A stretch of 35,482 nucleotides of DNA from a virus (taxonomy: Duplodnaviria > Caudoviricetes): positions 1 to 35,482 of the IMG/VR virus record IMGVR_UViG_3300017903_002177. One strand, 5' to 3'. Of the stretch, positions 9,412 to 19,142 are shown one piece after another. The translations under genes and the position numbers were made by a program. The notes below the pieces were generated by a model. It was given only the letters and a program-made list of their open reading frames with translations. It was not told where the DNA came from and did not search any database. The stretch's first letter is position 1. Every line of letters starts with the position of its first letter.

Positions 9412-9536
9412 TGGCTAATCCGGATTACTACGATTTAAAAAAACTGCGGTCTTTGTACCAAAAACCAAAGGGTAAACCGAAGTCTAATCCAAACACCGCA
9501 GTATTTAACAAGGACAAGGCTAAGAAGAAGAAATAG
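9411..9536 (+). CDS. Small Lys-rich protein (41 aa, not in ORF track)
   Basis: TAATG coupling to the upstream stop; reads MANPDYYDLKKLRSLYQKPKGKPKSNPNTAVFNKDKAKKKK. Confidence 0.55.
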   Translation: MANPDYYDLKKLRSLYQKPKGKPKSNPNTAVFNKDKAKKKK

Positions 9537-9538
9537 CT

Positions 9539-9652
9539 TTACTTACCCTGTCCACGTAATTTCTTTTTACCTTTCTTGGGGCGAGAGTGTTTACCTTGTC
9601 CCTGGCAGGTTTTCTTTGGCTGTCCTTCAACATAGCCGCCGCCTTTGTTCAT
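9539..9652 (-). CDS. Small basic cyanophage-type protein (37 aa, not in ORF track)
   Basis: MNKGGGYVEGQPKKTCQGQGKHSRPKKGKKKLRGQGK, resembling the KKTRQG.G...RGQG peptides common in cyanophages; ATGA-coupled. Confidence 0.7.
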   Translation of the reverse strand: MNKGGGYVEGQPKKTCQGQGKHSRPKKGKKKLRGQGK

Positions 9653-9828
9653 TGATCAAGAGAAGCTTCACACATTATACTAAACAAAAACAATTTCATT
9701 TGCTGTAATTTAACTTGTTCTTCTGGAGGTCTTGCTGGAGAACCAGGCCAATATTGAATCGCGTCACAAACAGCCGTGTACAGTGTGCGGCAATCTTCAA
9801 TAGAAAGCTCTAGTTCTACAGTTACCAT
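9649..9828 (-). CDS. Small hypothetical protein (59 aa, not in ORF track)
   Basis: MVTVELELSIEDCRTLYTAVCDAIQYWPGSPARPPEEQ...; overlaps both neighbours in a coupled fashion. Confidence 0.7.
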   Translation of the reverse strand: MVTVELELSIEDCRTLYTAVCDAIQYWPGSPARPPEEQVKLQQMKLFLFSIMCEASLDQ

Positions 9829-10094
9829 GCTTTACACGACCAATAACCTGCGCTCATTTTATCTTTTTTTTCGTCGCATTTATGACGAGCCCTGAAGCTT
9901 TTACGTCTAGCCGGATCATTTTTTTTGATTGACATGTTGGCATCACCAAAACGTACAATCTTTTCTTTACCACCAGAACAAGCTTTTACAACAGATTTTT
10001 TACCTCCTTTCACATCCCTTCTGGGTTTATTACAAGGCATCTTGTCCTTTTGAATCTTTGCGGCTTTCGCTGCTTTTAATCTTTTGTTAGACAT
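9822..10094 (-). CDS. Basic phage protein (RRKSFRARHKC...AGYWSCKAW family)
   Basis: 90 aa; KIVRFGDANM...RRKSFRARHKC...AGYWSC motif recognisable from marine phages. Confidence 0.8.
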   Translation of the reverse strand: MSNKRLKAAKAAKIQKDKMPCNKPRRDVKGGKKSVVKACSGGKEKIVRFGDANMSIKKNDPARRKSFRARHKCDEKKDKMSAGYWSCKAW

Positions 10095-10096
10095 AA

Positions 10097-12916
10097 TTAA
10101 AATCCAAATCCACCGAAGCCACCAAAGCCACCGCCTCCAGCAGCTCCTAAAATACCTCCTCCTCCTAAATCACCGGCAAAATCATCTAGGAAAGATTGAC
10201 TTGAGGGTGGCCTTCTAATTCTATTATTACTTAAGCCAAATTCAGGTAATCTATCAGGCGCTGGAGGTGCAGGGGGTGCGTCTAAAAAGCTGCCGAATGA
10301 AGCTAGAGCAGCCTCTGGGCTTGATGTATTTACGCCGGACAAGATATCGAAGTCACCAAACTCAGCCGTTACTTCTTCTTTTGATTGTCCAGGGAAAAAT
10401 GTTTCGTAAAACTCTTTTTCGGTTCCCTGAAAACCAGCCTGTTGAAATATACCAAATAGGCCTGCTCCGGGTCCAATAGCACCTGCTTTATCCGTTTCTC
10501 TCTCGATGTAATCTACTCCTAGATTTTTTTGATTAATCTCTTCTCCTGCGTCTCTTAATGCTTGAATTCTTTCTCTCAAATCAATAGTTTCAACACCACC
10601 AATAACTCCAGCGAGAGCGCTTTTAACATCATTTAGCTCATCTTCAGCTCCCGCAACCGCAAGATTTCTACCGATAGGTGTATTAGGGCCGACGCCTAAA
10701 TCATCCAATACTCCCTCAGAAAATTCATCAGGTGAAATGAAATCACCAAAAACTGACGTGCCGTCTCTTTCAACTTGTTCAATAAGACTAGGAATAAGTT
10801 CTCGATTTTTAAAATCGCTTACACGGTCTGGATCAGCTGGATTATCGAATCCAGCGAAGGTAACTCTTTGTCCATCCAGCTCGATCGGATTACCTTCAAT
10901 ATCAAGTCCTCCTCTCGTAATGTCAAACAGCGTTCTGGCAAAACCACCTTTATCGATTGCATAGAGTAAACTGCCATCAGGAGTAAGAGCAGGCTCAACA
11001 GAAACACCACGCGTAAGAAGGGCATTAATATATTTTGGATCTCCTTTCTGTGCTTTTTTAAACTCTGTTGCAAAAAATTCTTTTTGAAATTCTAATTTTC
11101 TTTCATACCTTGAACCGTCAGCTGCCACTTGTTCTTCAACGGGACGATCAGAGAAAGGATTTTCAAAAAATTTAGGATCAAATGTATCATCTACAGGTTT
11201 TAGTCCTTCGATAAACTCTTGATTTCTTTTAATGGCAAGATTGTTTAAGGAGTCTTGCGTTGTTTGAGTCTGAAAAGGATTCTGAAATTCATCCTGAACA
11301 TTAATGAAATTGATAAATTCATTAATTGATTTTGAAGCATTAAACCTTGGCCTGAGATAATCGTTAATAAAATCACGAGCAAATTGAGAGTCAATATCAA
11401 CCGCCTTTATATTTCCGTTTTTATCTCTTAAGTTTCCTACAAAATTAAAGTCTGGATTATCTGGATCATCTAATGCTTTAATTTCCGCATCTAATTCTTC
11501 AATGCGATCATAAGGATCTATTTGTCTACCTTGTGAAGTAAAAGCACTGCCTGTAAGCGTCTGTAAAATATCTTTACCATTAGAAACACTGTTTAAATAG
11601 TTTACAAACTCATCTGAAGTTTGAAAACCAATTTCTCTTAAAAAATCATTTTTAAATTTACCTGTCTGGCTATCAAAAACTACTCCTTCTGCCTCGAGTG
11701 CTCTTGATTTGAATTTAGAATCACCTCTATTTTCTCTATAAAATTCTTTGCCAAACTCAGCCTCAGAAATAAAACCTTCATCTCCTGGAATTAAGCCTGC
11801 AATCCTCTCTTCATATTTTTCTAAGACTTCTGGCCTAGATCTGACGTAAGCTCTAAAATCATCAGGACTTGGTATAGCATTCTCAAAGACATCTTTTTCT
11901 AACTCAAGCGCTGCAAACTTTTCATTGTAGTCTTGTGCATACTTTTCAGTTAATTCTTGTTCAAAGAAATTTTGCCAGTTAACGATAGTTGTATTCCCAA
12001 AAGATCCTAAAGCTGCATTAAATGTACTTTCAATCTGATCTCTAACTCCCGGCGGCACGGGGCCTCCTAAGTCTCCCAATAAACTATTTGCAGTATTGGC
12101 TCCTATATTTAGAATTTCATTAAAGCCTCCAATGTTACTAAATAGATCAAATTGGTTTTGTTGTTGCTGTGCCTGCTCAAGCCTATTAATTGTTTCTCTT
12201 AAAACATCCTGCGCGAGAGCACCAAAAGCTTCTGTATCCTGAGCAAGCCGCTCTCCAGCTGCTGTAATAATTGCATCTTGAACTCTGTCATCACTTCCGA
12301 GTTTTGCTGCTGCAATTTGTGCCGCTCCATCAACATCTTTAAAACCTGTTGGATCAGGACCGGAAAAAGTCCCTAGTGCTCCAAAGTTATTAGGAGGTTT
12401 GCCTGCCTTTATTCCTGTCTCAACGTATTGTAAACCTGCAAAGTCATTAAGGTTATCAACACGACCAATGATATCTAGATCACCTTTTGCAACAGCTTCG
12501 TCATACTTCTTTTTAATATCTGGATTTGACGCAAGATAAAAAATAGGATCGAAAAAATCTTTACCTACAACCTGATTTTGTCCTACCTTTGCAGGAGCAT
12601 AACCAGGGACTAAACCTGTATCAAACTTTTGTACTACTTCTTTCTTGTAAAAATTGTCAAAAGAATTGAGCAGCTGTTTTTGTTTACCCTTAGCTAATTT
12701 AGAAAATTCAGGATCATTTAAAATATTTTGTTTAACTCCAAGGTAATTAGGATTATAACCAAGTGCTTTAGTGGTCTCTGCTTGTCTTTGAACTGCGCTT
12801 AAGGCACGGTTGAATCTTTTATTTTGATTATTCTGTGCAGGAGTGCCCGAAGTCTCATCTAAAAAATTAGCAACTACAGCACCAGTAGCTGGATCAAAGG
12901 TTATAAATTCTTGCAT
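10097..12916 (-). CDS. Large putative virion (internal/ejection or tail) protein
   Basis: 939 aa; FDP.FYLASNPDI motif and Gly/Phe-rich C-terminus ending GFGGFGF. Function inferred from size and context. Confidence 0.7.
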   Translation of the reverse strand: MQEFITFDPATGAVVANFLDETSGTPAQNNQNKRFNRALSAVQRQAETTKALGYNPNYLGVKQNILNDPEFSKLAKGKQKQLLNSFDNFYKKEVVQKFDTGLVPGYAPAKVGQNQVVGKDFFDPIFYLASNPDIKKKYDEAVAKGDLDIIGRVDNLNDFAGLQYVETGIKAGKPPNNFGALGTFSGPDPTGFKDVDGAAQIAAAKLGSDDRVQDAIITAAGERLAQDTEAFGALAQDVLRETINRLEQAQQQQNQFDLFSNIGGFNEILNIGANTANSLLGDLGGPVPPGVRDQIESTFNAALGSFGNTTIVNWQNFFEQELTEKYAQDYNEKFAALELEKDVFENAIPSPDDFRAYVRSRPEVLEKYEERIAGLIPGDEGFISEAEFGKEFYRENRGDSKFKSRALEAEGVVFDSQTGKFKNDFLREIGFQTSDEFVNYLNSVSNGKDILQTLTGSAFTSQGRQIDPYDRIEELDAEIKALDDPDNPDFNFVGNLRDKNGNIKAVDIDSQFARDFINDYLRPRFNASKSINEFINFINVQDEFQNPFQTQTTQDSLNNLAIKRNQEFIEGLKPVDDTFDPKFFENPFSDRPVEEQVAADGSRYERKLEFQKEFFATEFKKAQKGDPKYINALLTRGVSVEPALTPDGSLLYAIDKGGFARTLFDITRGGLDIEGNPIELDGQRVTFAGFDNPADPDRVSDFKNRELIPSLIEQVERDGTSVFGDFISPDEFSEGVLDDLGVGPNTPIGRNLAVAGAEDELNDVKSALAGVIGGVETIDLRERIQALRDAGEEINQKNLGVDYIERETDKAGAIGPGAGLFGIFQQAGFQGTEKEFYETFFPGQSKEEVTAEFGDFDILSGVNTSSPEAALASFGSFLDAPPAPPAPDRLPEFGLSNNRIRRPPSSQSFLDDFAGDLGGGGILGAAGGGGFGGFGGFGF

Positions 12917-12925
12917 CTACTATTG

Positions 12926-13291
12926 CTAAGCTATCCTTAATTCTACAGGATTATTGATTAAGCAATAAATATCAATAGTCTCTTGGTTCACCCAATTGTG
13001 GATTGCGAGCAAGCGCTTTTCACAAAAGAAATCTTGTTTTTTATACCACTCCTCCATGTTGTAACTAGCTTTATTTGCGTTACATCGCTGGCATGCAGGA
13101 ATTAAATTGTTTCTGTTGCTAGAACCAGATCGATAGCGTGGTATTACATGATCAAGAGAGGTGGCGGGAGCACCACAGTAAGCACATTTGTTTTCCCATG
13201 AATTGTATATTGATTCTCTAAAGCGTCGTTTGGCTCGTTTGGGCGTTAACTCAATGAGAAGGGCAAGTGGATCCTGTTCATTGTTAAACAT
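12926..13291 (-). CDS. HNH endonuclease (McrA/gp74-like, Zn-binding)
   Basis: CAYCG....SLDHVIPR..SG.....NLIPACQRCN..K. Confidence 0.9.
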   Translation of the reverse strand: MFNNEQDPLALLIELTPKRAKRRFRESIYNSWENKCAYCGAPATSLDHVIPRYRSGSSNRNNLIPACQRCNANKASYNMEEWYKKQDFFCEKRLLAIHNWVNQETIDIYCLINNPVELRIA

Positions 13292-13343
13292 GCCTCTTGA
13301 GCAGTTATCTAATTCTAAATCAACTAAATTCTAAAAATCGAAT

Positions 13344-13371
13344 TTGACAAAGCACTATAAACATATAGTGT
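13344..13371 (+). promoter_or_regulatory. Sigma70-like promoter overlapped by an inverted repeat (putative operator)
   Basis: TTGACA at 13344-13349 and TAGTGT at 13366-13371 (16-bp spacer); CACTATA-aaca-TATAGTG at 13353-13370. Confidence 0.55.
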
Positions 13372-13399
13372 ATATATGTACAGCTGCTGCGTTTGCAGT

Positions 13400-13612
13400 A
13401 TGAAAATTTCGAAAACCTGGAAGACGGTTCAAAAAACCGTTAATGAACTAGGCATTGAAAAGGAAACATTGTTTAAGTACAGGGACGATGGAACCTTGAA
13501 GCTTGGTCCACATTTCCTGGCTTTCTCTGATACCTATTCAAGGGACAGCTATCGCTGGAATGTTGATGCTGTTAAAAAGCATCTAACAAGCAAGGGCTTG
13601 CTTGCGGCTTAG
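13400..13612 (+). CDS. Small excisionase-like HTH DNA-binding protein
   Basis: WKTVQKTVNELGIEKETLFKYRDDGTLKLGPHF...YRWNV; ATG at 13400. Confidence 0.7.
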   Translation: MKISKTWKTVQKTVNELGIEKETLFKYRDDGTLKLGPHFLAFSDTYSRDSYRWNVDAVKKHLTSKGLLAA

Positions 13613-13975
13613 ATAACAGCATTGCTTTCTATCGGTGTGAGCAGCCAAAAGATCATCGATACCTAGATGGATCTTTCCGGCTTCTAAAGCCCTTTCAAGA
13701 GACTTAGAAAGATTAGATAAACGGCCTTGGATATTCCTAGGCTGTTTTTTTAACTCAAAAATTACTGCCCAATGTGGATGCATTGGTTTGACTGGTCTTT
13801 TCTTTCCTTTTAAAAGGACTGTATTATCAGGTCCCCAGGAAAAGTTTTGTAATTGTGAAGGCTTTAAACCGTATGTGGCAACCATGCCATACAGCCACGC
13901 AATGCTTTTACTGCGTTCGCCTCTGTCTAAATAAAAGAAATCATCAAGGATGCGTTGGTCTACTGGTGCAGCCAT
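13583..13975 (-). CDS. Truncated tyrosine-recombinase-like protein
   Basis: WLYGMVATYGLKPSQL resembles integrase box I (ATYGLRP.E) with R replaced by K; no HxxR or Tyr box; only ~130 aa. Confidence 0.55.
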   Translation of the reverse strand: MAAPVDQRILDDFFYLDRGERSKSIAWLYGMVATYGLKPSQLQNFSWGPDNTVLLKGKKRPVKPMHPHWAVIFELKKQPRNIQGRLSNLSKSLERALEAGKIHLGIDDLLAAHTDRKQCCYLSRKQALAC

Positions 13976-14033
13976 GGCTAGAACCACAGAGATCCATTTG
14001 TAAAAGCTTGCGTCTAGTTTAAACCCTTGTAAT

Positions 14034-14264
14034 TTATTCTGGGCTTCCTCCTGTTACAGTCGCTGCCCAAGCATCGCCCATTGCACCGATGGTTGATGTT
14101 TCTCCTGAACCAAATGGCAAGTTGACTGTGTCTCCAGCGTGGTATCGCGAAGGGTTACCTGAAAGCTTCACAGGGCTTTTGCCAAATTCCCTTTTAGTTA
14201 GCTGATCTTCTGAAAGTTCAACTCTCGTTTGAATAATATCTCCAAAGCCAGGTGTACTAGACAT
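14034..14264 (-). CDS. Hypothetical protein
   Basis: 76 aa from ATG 14264 (MSSTPGFG), overlapping the upstream stop. Confidence 0.65.
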   Translation of the reverse strand: MSSTPGFGDIIQTRVELSEDQLTKREFGKSPVKLSGNPSRYHAGDTVNLPFGSGETSTIGAMGDAWAATVTGGSPE

Positions 14265-15846
14265 TAGAAGGTCTACCTCCAGAAGCAGGTACGTAAGCAT
14301 TGCCGTCTTTATCATACATAGTAAAACCTTCGATTTTAATGAAACTAGCAGGGATATTAAGTAGCTTCTGCATCATGCTTATCATGATTGGACTCTGTAC
14401 ATTTAAAGGAGGAACATCCATATAGGACAAACCATATGTCGTTATGTTGCTAAAAGCTTTTCTTTGATCTCTTTCTGTTTCATCAACTAATCTTTGTTCC
14501 CAAGCTGCTTGCTCAGTGGTGAACGCTGGAAAATCAGAAGGCTCCGGTGGGAATAAATCGTCTGTATATTTCATCGCATAGATGTGCTTGCAGTATCTAT
14601 ACTCATCTAATAAATGACTCCAAGTATCTTGGACTTGAATTAATTGATTAGGCTGACCAGCAGCTGCTGGAGGAATTGTATCGTAATCACCGTATTTAAC
14701 CATGCCTTCACTGCGAGGTGCAGGAGCATTTGGATCCAAAGGAAGATCTGTGCCTCTGGTGTAAACACTTCCGAAATCACTGAATACACCAGGAAAATCA
14801 CGGTTTGTATTTGATGGGATATTGTTTAGATCTTTGGCATTTACTGATTGGTTATAAGGTAACTCGTATCCAGAAGGGGCAACAATTGTTAGTGCTCTAT
14901 CTTGTAAAGCTTGCTGCATGATACGCTCATCAATTTCACCCGCAGTCGTTGTGACTTCATAGCGTCCCGGCTTTAATGTTGCACACTTAGAAAGTGGAAA
15001 GGTAGGACTCTTTCTTCTTCCTAGAAATGTTGAAACATAGAAATACTGACGACGCGTAAAGTCCTGACAACTGCACGCATACTTAGATCCATTGATAAAA
15101 AATCTTCCTGCTTGAGGTGCTCTTTGTGCAGGTGTAATTAATACGCTATCAAACGTTGCCTCAACAGATCCTTGCTTACGTAAAATCAGTACACCGTTAT
15201 AAGGCTCAATAGAATCCAGTACTGCTGCGGTATATCCATAGCGAATGCCTGTATCTGGATCGATTGTTTCTTTTGTAATAGGAATGCCTGCTTGTGTAAG
15301 AACCCTGTCTTCTAAAACATCTCCGTTTAACGGAGTTAAGTTAGGTTGGTCACCTGGCGTTTCGATGAATAGCGGAGGAGGTAATGGATTATTCGCATCC
15401 CATGTGCCAGTTAATTGCACACGCCAGAAATGTCCTGATTCAGTAACAGAAGCAATTGATAGCTCAGTGTCATTCTGGTCAACTAAGTTATCAAATCTTA
15501 GGCTACCTGCAAGAACTGATCCACACCAGTGCATCCCCAATTCTTTGTTCTTGGTCGGAAATCCTCTGATAATTCCCGCCATAATAGGAGGATTTTCGCC
15601 GCTCTGTGTTGTTCCCGAAGGTAGCGGAATATTATAAGAAAAGGGATACTCAAATGCAGCGTAAGCAAGATTAGAAGTCGCTAACTCGTAACCTCTTCTC
15701 CATCGGTTCCAGGAGGCTTCTTTATTGCTTGAATAAAGAGAGTCAGCAACACTTCCTCCGAACTCACCTACGATCGGAAAAGGACCTAATCTTGCTTTGC
15801 TTTTTCGTGGTTCTTTAAATCCAAATGAATTACCACGTGATGCCAT
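14257..15846 (-). CDS. Putative structural protein with split SWIM-type zinc finger
   Basis: 529 aa; CSCQDF and CKHIYA half-motifs lie about 160 aa apart. Confidence 0.7.
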   Translation of the reverse strand: MASRGNSFGFKEPRKSKARLGPFPIVGEFGGSVADSLYSSNKEASWNRWRRGYELATSNLAYAAFEYPFSYNIPLPSGTTQSGENPPIMAGIIRGFPTKNKELGMHWCGSVLAGSLRFDNLVDQNDTELSIASVTESGHFWRVQLTGTWDANNPLPPPLFIETPGDQPNLTPLNGDVLEDRVLTQAGIPITKETIDPDTGIRYGYTAAVLDSIEPYNGVLILRKQGSVEATFDSVLITPAQRAPQAGRFFINGSKYACSCQDFTRRQYFYVSTFLGRRKSPTFPLSKCATLKPGRYEVTTTAGEIDERIMQQALQDRALTIVAPSGYELPYNQSVNAKDLNNIPSNTNRDFPGVFSDFGSVYTRGTDLPLDPNAPAPRSEGMVKYGDYDTIPPAAAGQPNQLIQVQDTWSHLLDEYRYCKHIYAMKYTDDLFPPEPSDFPAFTTEQAAWEQRLVDETERDQRKAFSNITTYGLSYMDVPPLNVQSPIMISMMQKLLNIPASFIKIEGFTMYDKDGNAYVPASGGRPSNV

Positions 15847-15848
15847 GG

Positions 15849-16634
15849 TTAGAAGAAGCCGCCTTGTGCAACAACAGTGATGCCAGGAGTATAACCAGAG
15901 GGATAAGTATTAGTTGGCAGAATGCCTGCATATAAACGGTCGCCCTTTTCTAAATAAATGCCACGGGCACGAACAGGGGAACCCTTTGTTAAGTCACTGG
16001 TGTCTCCTGCTGCTGGGACTGGAGCACCTAGCTGAGGTAGAACGTCAGTGCAGTCCACATCTTGTTCACCAGAGGCTAAGTATTTAGTGAACACCAAAAC
16101 ATAATCACCGCTAGCAGGAATAGGATTAGTAGTTCCGCGAGTGTGATAGAAGGATACGGTGACTCCGTACTGACTATATAAGAATTGATTTTCGTAAGAA
16201 AAGCCCGAAGCGATGCCGCCCGAATAATTAAGAGCTGTGTTGACACCTGTTAAGGTCGATGATCCTGTATAGGTGTAGTAACCTGCGCCGCTAAAAGGTG
16301 CTCCGCCTCCTGTCAAAACTCCTGTTTCTTGAATAAATACAGTATTACCGCTATCTAAAATAATGTCAGTTCCTGACGTTGTAGTGTTCACAGTGTAGTC
16401 AGGTGGGATCTGATAATCACTACGAATAAGTTTGACGGAATCTACAACACCACCACTGTTATTGTCGTCGGACAATGCAGCATCCATGTCAACAATCAGA
16501 GCCGGTGCTTGACCACCCTGAACATCCAATGACTTATTTGCAGAACTGCCAGCGATCTGCGTAGTAAGCTTGGAGTGATCGAGAAAAGGACGATCAATAA
16601 ACAGTGGCTGCTTGTTGGTATTCGTAGATGTCAC
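15849..16634 (-). CDS. Putative virion structural protein
   Basis: 261 aa, GTG start, S/T/G-rich; ends VAQGGFF. Confidence 0.75.
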   Translation of the reverse strand: MTSTNTNKQPLFIDRPFLDHSKLTTQIAGSSANKSLDVQGGQAPALIVDMDAALSDDNNSGGVVDSVKLIRSDYQIPPDYTVNTTTSGTDIILDSGNTVFIQETGVLTGGGAPFSGAGYYTYTGSSTLTGVNTALNYSGGIASGFSYENQFLYSQYGVTVSFYHTRGTTNPIPASGDYVLVFTKYLASGEQDVDCTDVLPQLGAPVPAAGDTSDLTKGSPVRARGIYLEKGDRLYAGILPTNTYPSGYTPGITVVAQGGFF

Positions 16635-16668
16635 TTTATTTCACTGAATAATTTTTATTTTACCAGAA

Positions 16669-16977
16669 CTAAACGCCTAGAAAACCACCAAAGTTAAAAC
16701 CTGGAATTCGATTATTCATCAGACCCCTTGGAAGAGTTTGTCCAACTTTTGCGGTAAATAATGCATTCGGATTATTATCCAAGGCTGCAAAGGTTGCGAA
16801 TGATTCTCCTGACATAAAACCTTGTTTATCATCAAGGTCAAAATCCATTTGATTCATTTGAAGTTGCTGCAAAGCATCAGAACGATCCATGGGAGTTCTG
16901 TACCTGCTAACCTGTGCTCTATAAACATCTCCAGGTAAATAATCTCCTGAATCTATATAATCGTAATAGCTAGCCAT
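16669..16977 (-). CDS. Hypothetical protein
   Basis: 102 aa, TAATG-coupled to the upstream gene. Confidence 0.7.
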   Translation of the reverse strand: MASYYDYIDSGDYLPGDVYRAQVSRYRTPMDRSDALQQLQMNQMDFDLDDKQGFMSGESFATFAALDNNPNALFTAKVGQTLPRGLMNNRIPGFNFGGFLGV

Positions 16978-17555
16978 TAGAATAAACCTCCAAGCGGATT
17001 TTGTAAGAGCTGCGAGAGGAATTGACCTTTAAGCTGCTCAACAAAGTTATCTTTAAGGGAATTAGCTTTGTTGTCTACTTTTTCGTATTGATCAGTATCG
17101 TATCCTAGATTAGAGAGAATTTCATTAACACTCTTTCTTGTTTGTTTAGAGGGATCAGTTGACATTAAGGGCTGTGTAGTCGGGGCTATCTGATCCATTT
17201 GTGGAACATACTGCTCGTACGCTCCTGAGTTATAAACTGACCACGCACCTAAACCCTGCTGGTCGTAAATAGCCTTAGCTGCTTTTGCGTTCGTTAAAGG
17301 ATCAAAGAGTTCTTCATTTGATTTAATTCCAAACTGTTCACGCCTTTCAGGACCCATTCCTCCAAGCATATTGATTTGGAAGATGCCATAACTTTGGTCA
17401 CCTGTGTCCACATTCGGATTAAAAGCCTGTGGATTCAGACTTGACTCCGCAGTTCCAATTCCAACCATTGTTGGAATCAAATTTTCTTTGAAACCTGCTT
17501 GGCGCAAATAGCCTGCAAGCTGTTCCCGAGAAAGCTTCTGTGGCTTATCGGCCAT
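16977..17555 (-). CDS. Lysozyme-like / lytic transglycosylase domain protein
   Basis: AESS.NP.A.N......SYGIFQIN...LFDP.TNAKAA..IY..QG..AWS.Y. Confidence 0.88.
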   Translation of the reverse strand: MADKPQKLSREQLAGYLRQAGFKENLIPTMVGIGTAESSLNPQAFNPNVDTGDQSYGIFQINMLGGMGPERREQFGIKSNEELFDPLTNAKAAKAIYDQQGLGAWSVYNSGAYEQYVPQMDQIAPTTQPLMSTDPSKQTRKSVNEILSNLGYDTDQYEKVDNKANSLKDNFVEQLKGQFLSQLLQNPLGGLF

Positions 17556-18651
17556 ACCCAGGTCCTCCTGGACGGAAATTGCTTAACTGTTGAAGATACA
17601 TTGAACGGTCTTCTGGACTGAGAACTGACTCAAGTCCAGGCTCGGAACCCATCCCTGCTGTCTGCTGCTCAATCATTCCATTGCGGTAATAATCGGAAAG
17701 CGCCTGAGCAGAACTCTGTTGCACTCCGACTGGATTCTCCATATTGTAATTCTTCCCTTGCATTGTTGGATTTGTCTGGTCATAAGTAAGACCAGCCATC
17801 AAGGGGTTAGGAGTATTGGGTGTAAGCATATCTCCATAGAGAGCCCGGTTAATAGCCATTCCTTCTTCTGCGGAATAATTCACAAGCGGGGCACCTGATC
17901 TGAAATAAGGATCATTCTGTTGTGCAACACGTGAAACTTCTTGTTGATATGCCCTATCCTCTAAATTTTTACGGGAAGGAATAACTTGTTCTCTATACTG
18001 ATCAATTGTTATATCTGGATTAAATCCGTCAATTGTGAAAGCACCCCTGCGAGGCTCATTCGTAGGGGTTGGAGGTCCGTACTGGCCAGCCGCACCAGGC
18101 TGCGGAACTGGTCCAATAAATCCAGGCGTTGCTGAATAAGCTGTATTATCTGCACCGCTGCTTTCACCCTTTTTATTTCCACTAACTGCTCTTTGGATAA
18201 GACCAGGAATTGCTGCATAACCTTCTCCTCGACCGAGGCTATCTGTAAGACCTTTTGCAGTATCATAAAAGTCAAAGGCACTTGCAATAGGACCTGCAAG
18301 TCTACCTAGTCCTTTTAATACTGGGGCAGCGCTTCTTACAGCGCCTGGTAAACTTCTAGTTCCTTGAGAAGTAACATCAACAACTGATACCCTATTCACA
18401 GGACCATATCCAGCTCCTTGGTTAGCCATGGTGGCTAATCCGCCTCTATTCGCAGGAACTAATGCGCCGCCTTGGTTTCCCATAGTGGCCATAGAACTAG
18501 GGCCTGGAGGTACAAGAGAACCTCTACTACTGGGAGCTAAAGCGCCAGGGATGTAATCGGGTCTTACATTCAAAGGCATCGACATATTGACTCCAGGAAT
18601 CATCCCTGTGAATTGAGCCGTGCCTCTCATCAAAACTTCGTATGGATTCAT
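17545..18651 (-). CDS. Putative internal virion protein (Gly/Pro-rich)
   Basis: 368 aa low-complexity ORF within the structural cluster. Confidence 0.65.
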   Translation of the reverse strand: MNPYEVLMRGTAQFTGMIPGVNMSMPLNVRPDYIPGALAPSSRGSLVPPGPSSMATMGNQGGALVPANRGGLATMANQGAGYGPVNRVSVVDVTSQGTRSLPGAVRSAAPVLKGLGRLAGPIASAFDFYDTAKGLTDSLGRGEGYAAIPGLIQRAVSGNKKGESSGADNTAYSATPGFIGPVPQPGAAGQYGPPTPTNEPRRGAFTIDGFNPDITIDQYREQVIPSRKNLEDRAYQQEVSRVAQQNDPYFRSGAPLVNYSAEEGMAINRALYGDMLTPNTPNPLMAGLTYDQTNPTMQGKNYNMENPVGVQQSSAQALSDYYRNGMIEQQTAGMGSEPGLESVLSPEDRSMYLQQLSNFRPGGPGYGR

Positions 18652-18653
18652 GA

Positions 18654-19115
18654 TTAACGGTAGGTAGCGTTGAGGTAAACATTTGAACCTACAGCGTTAT
18701 CTGCAGGGCCTGGAAGTGCCTGAATAAACTCAGCACCTGAGCGTTCATAGCGATAGCGTGCTTGGAAGGGGTCCTTGTAGTTAGGCACATACAAGATTGC
18801 CGCTAAAGCATTAGTCTCATACAGATAGATTTCATCCCATACTTTCAAAGCTTCTCGAGCATTGCTGGATGAAATCGTCCGATCGACATCACCCTCGATC
18901 TTTTCAATACGAGTTGATGGAGAGGTTGCAACTTCAGTCTTACGCTCAGCTGTATCGCAACGACCTAAGTGATAGATGATCTTGCGATAAAAGAATGAGT
19001 CAGGAATAGTATTCATTGACTCTTCCAGGCGAGCGTAATCACCTGCTGGCACAGACACAGTAAAGTATCCTAAATGATAACGTACTCGACTTTTATCAAA
19101 CGTAGATAACTGCAC
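18654..19115 (-). CDS. Putative head-completion/connector protein
   Basis: 153 aa, GTG start with GAGG RBS. QLS.FDKSRVRYHLGY N-terminus; position downstream of the capsid genes. Function is inferred. Confidence 0.65.
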   Translation of the reverse strand: MQLSTFDKSRVRYHLGYFTVSVPAGDYARLEESMNTIPDSFFYRKIIYHLGRCDTAERKTEVATSPSTRIEKIEGDVDRTISSSNAREALKVWDEIYLYETNALAAILYVPNYKDPFQARYRYERSGAEFIQALPGPADNAVGSNVYLNATYR

Positions 19116-19142
19116 TGGCCGACCTCTTATCTTCTTATTATA

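Noticed and set aside
12926-13291. Second HNH as another intron-encoded element
   Set aside because: I saw no group I core or interrupted gene around it; it is a free-standing Zn-binding HNH.
13583-13987. Functional integrase / prophage boundary
   Set aside because: Too short, catalytic residues missing, and no att site or host genes in the window.
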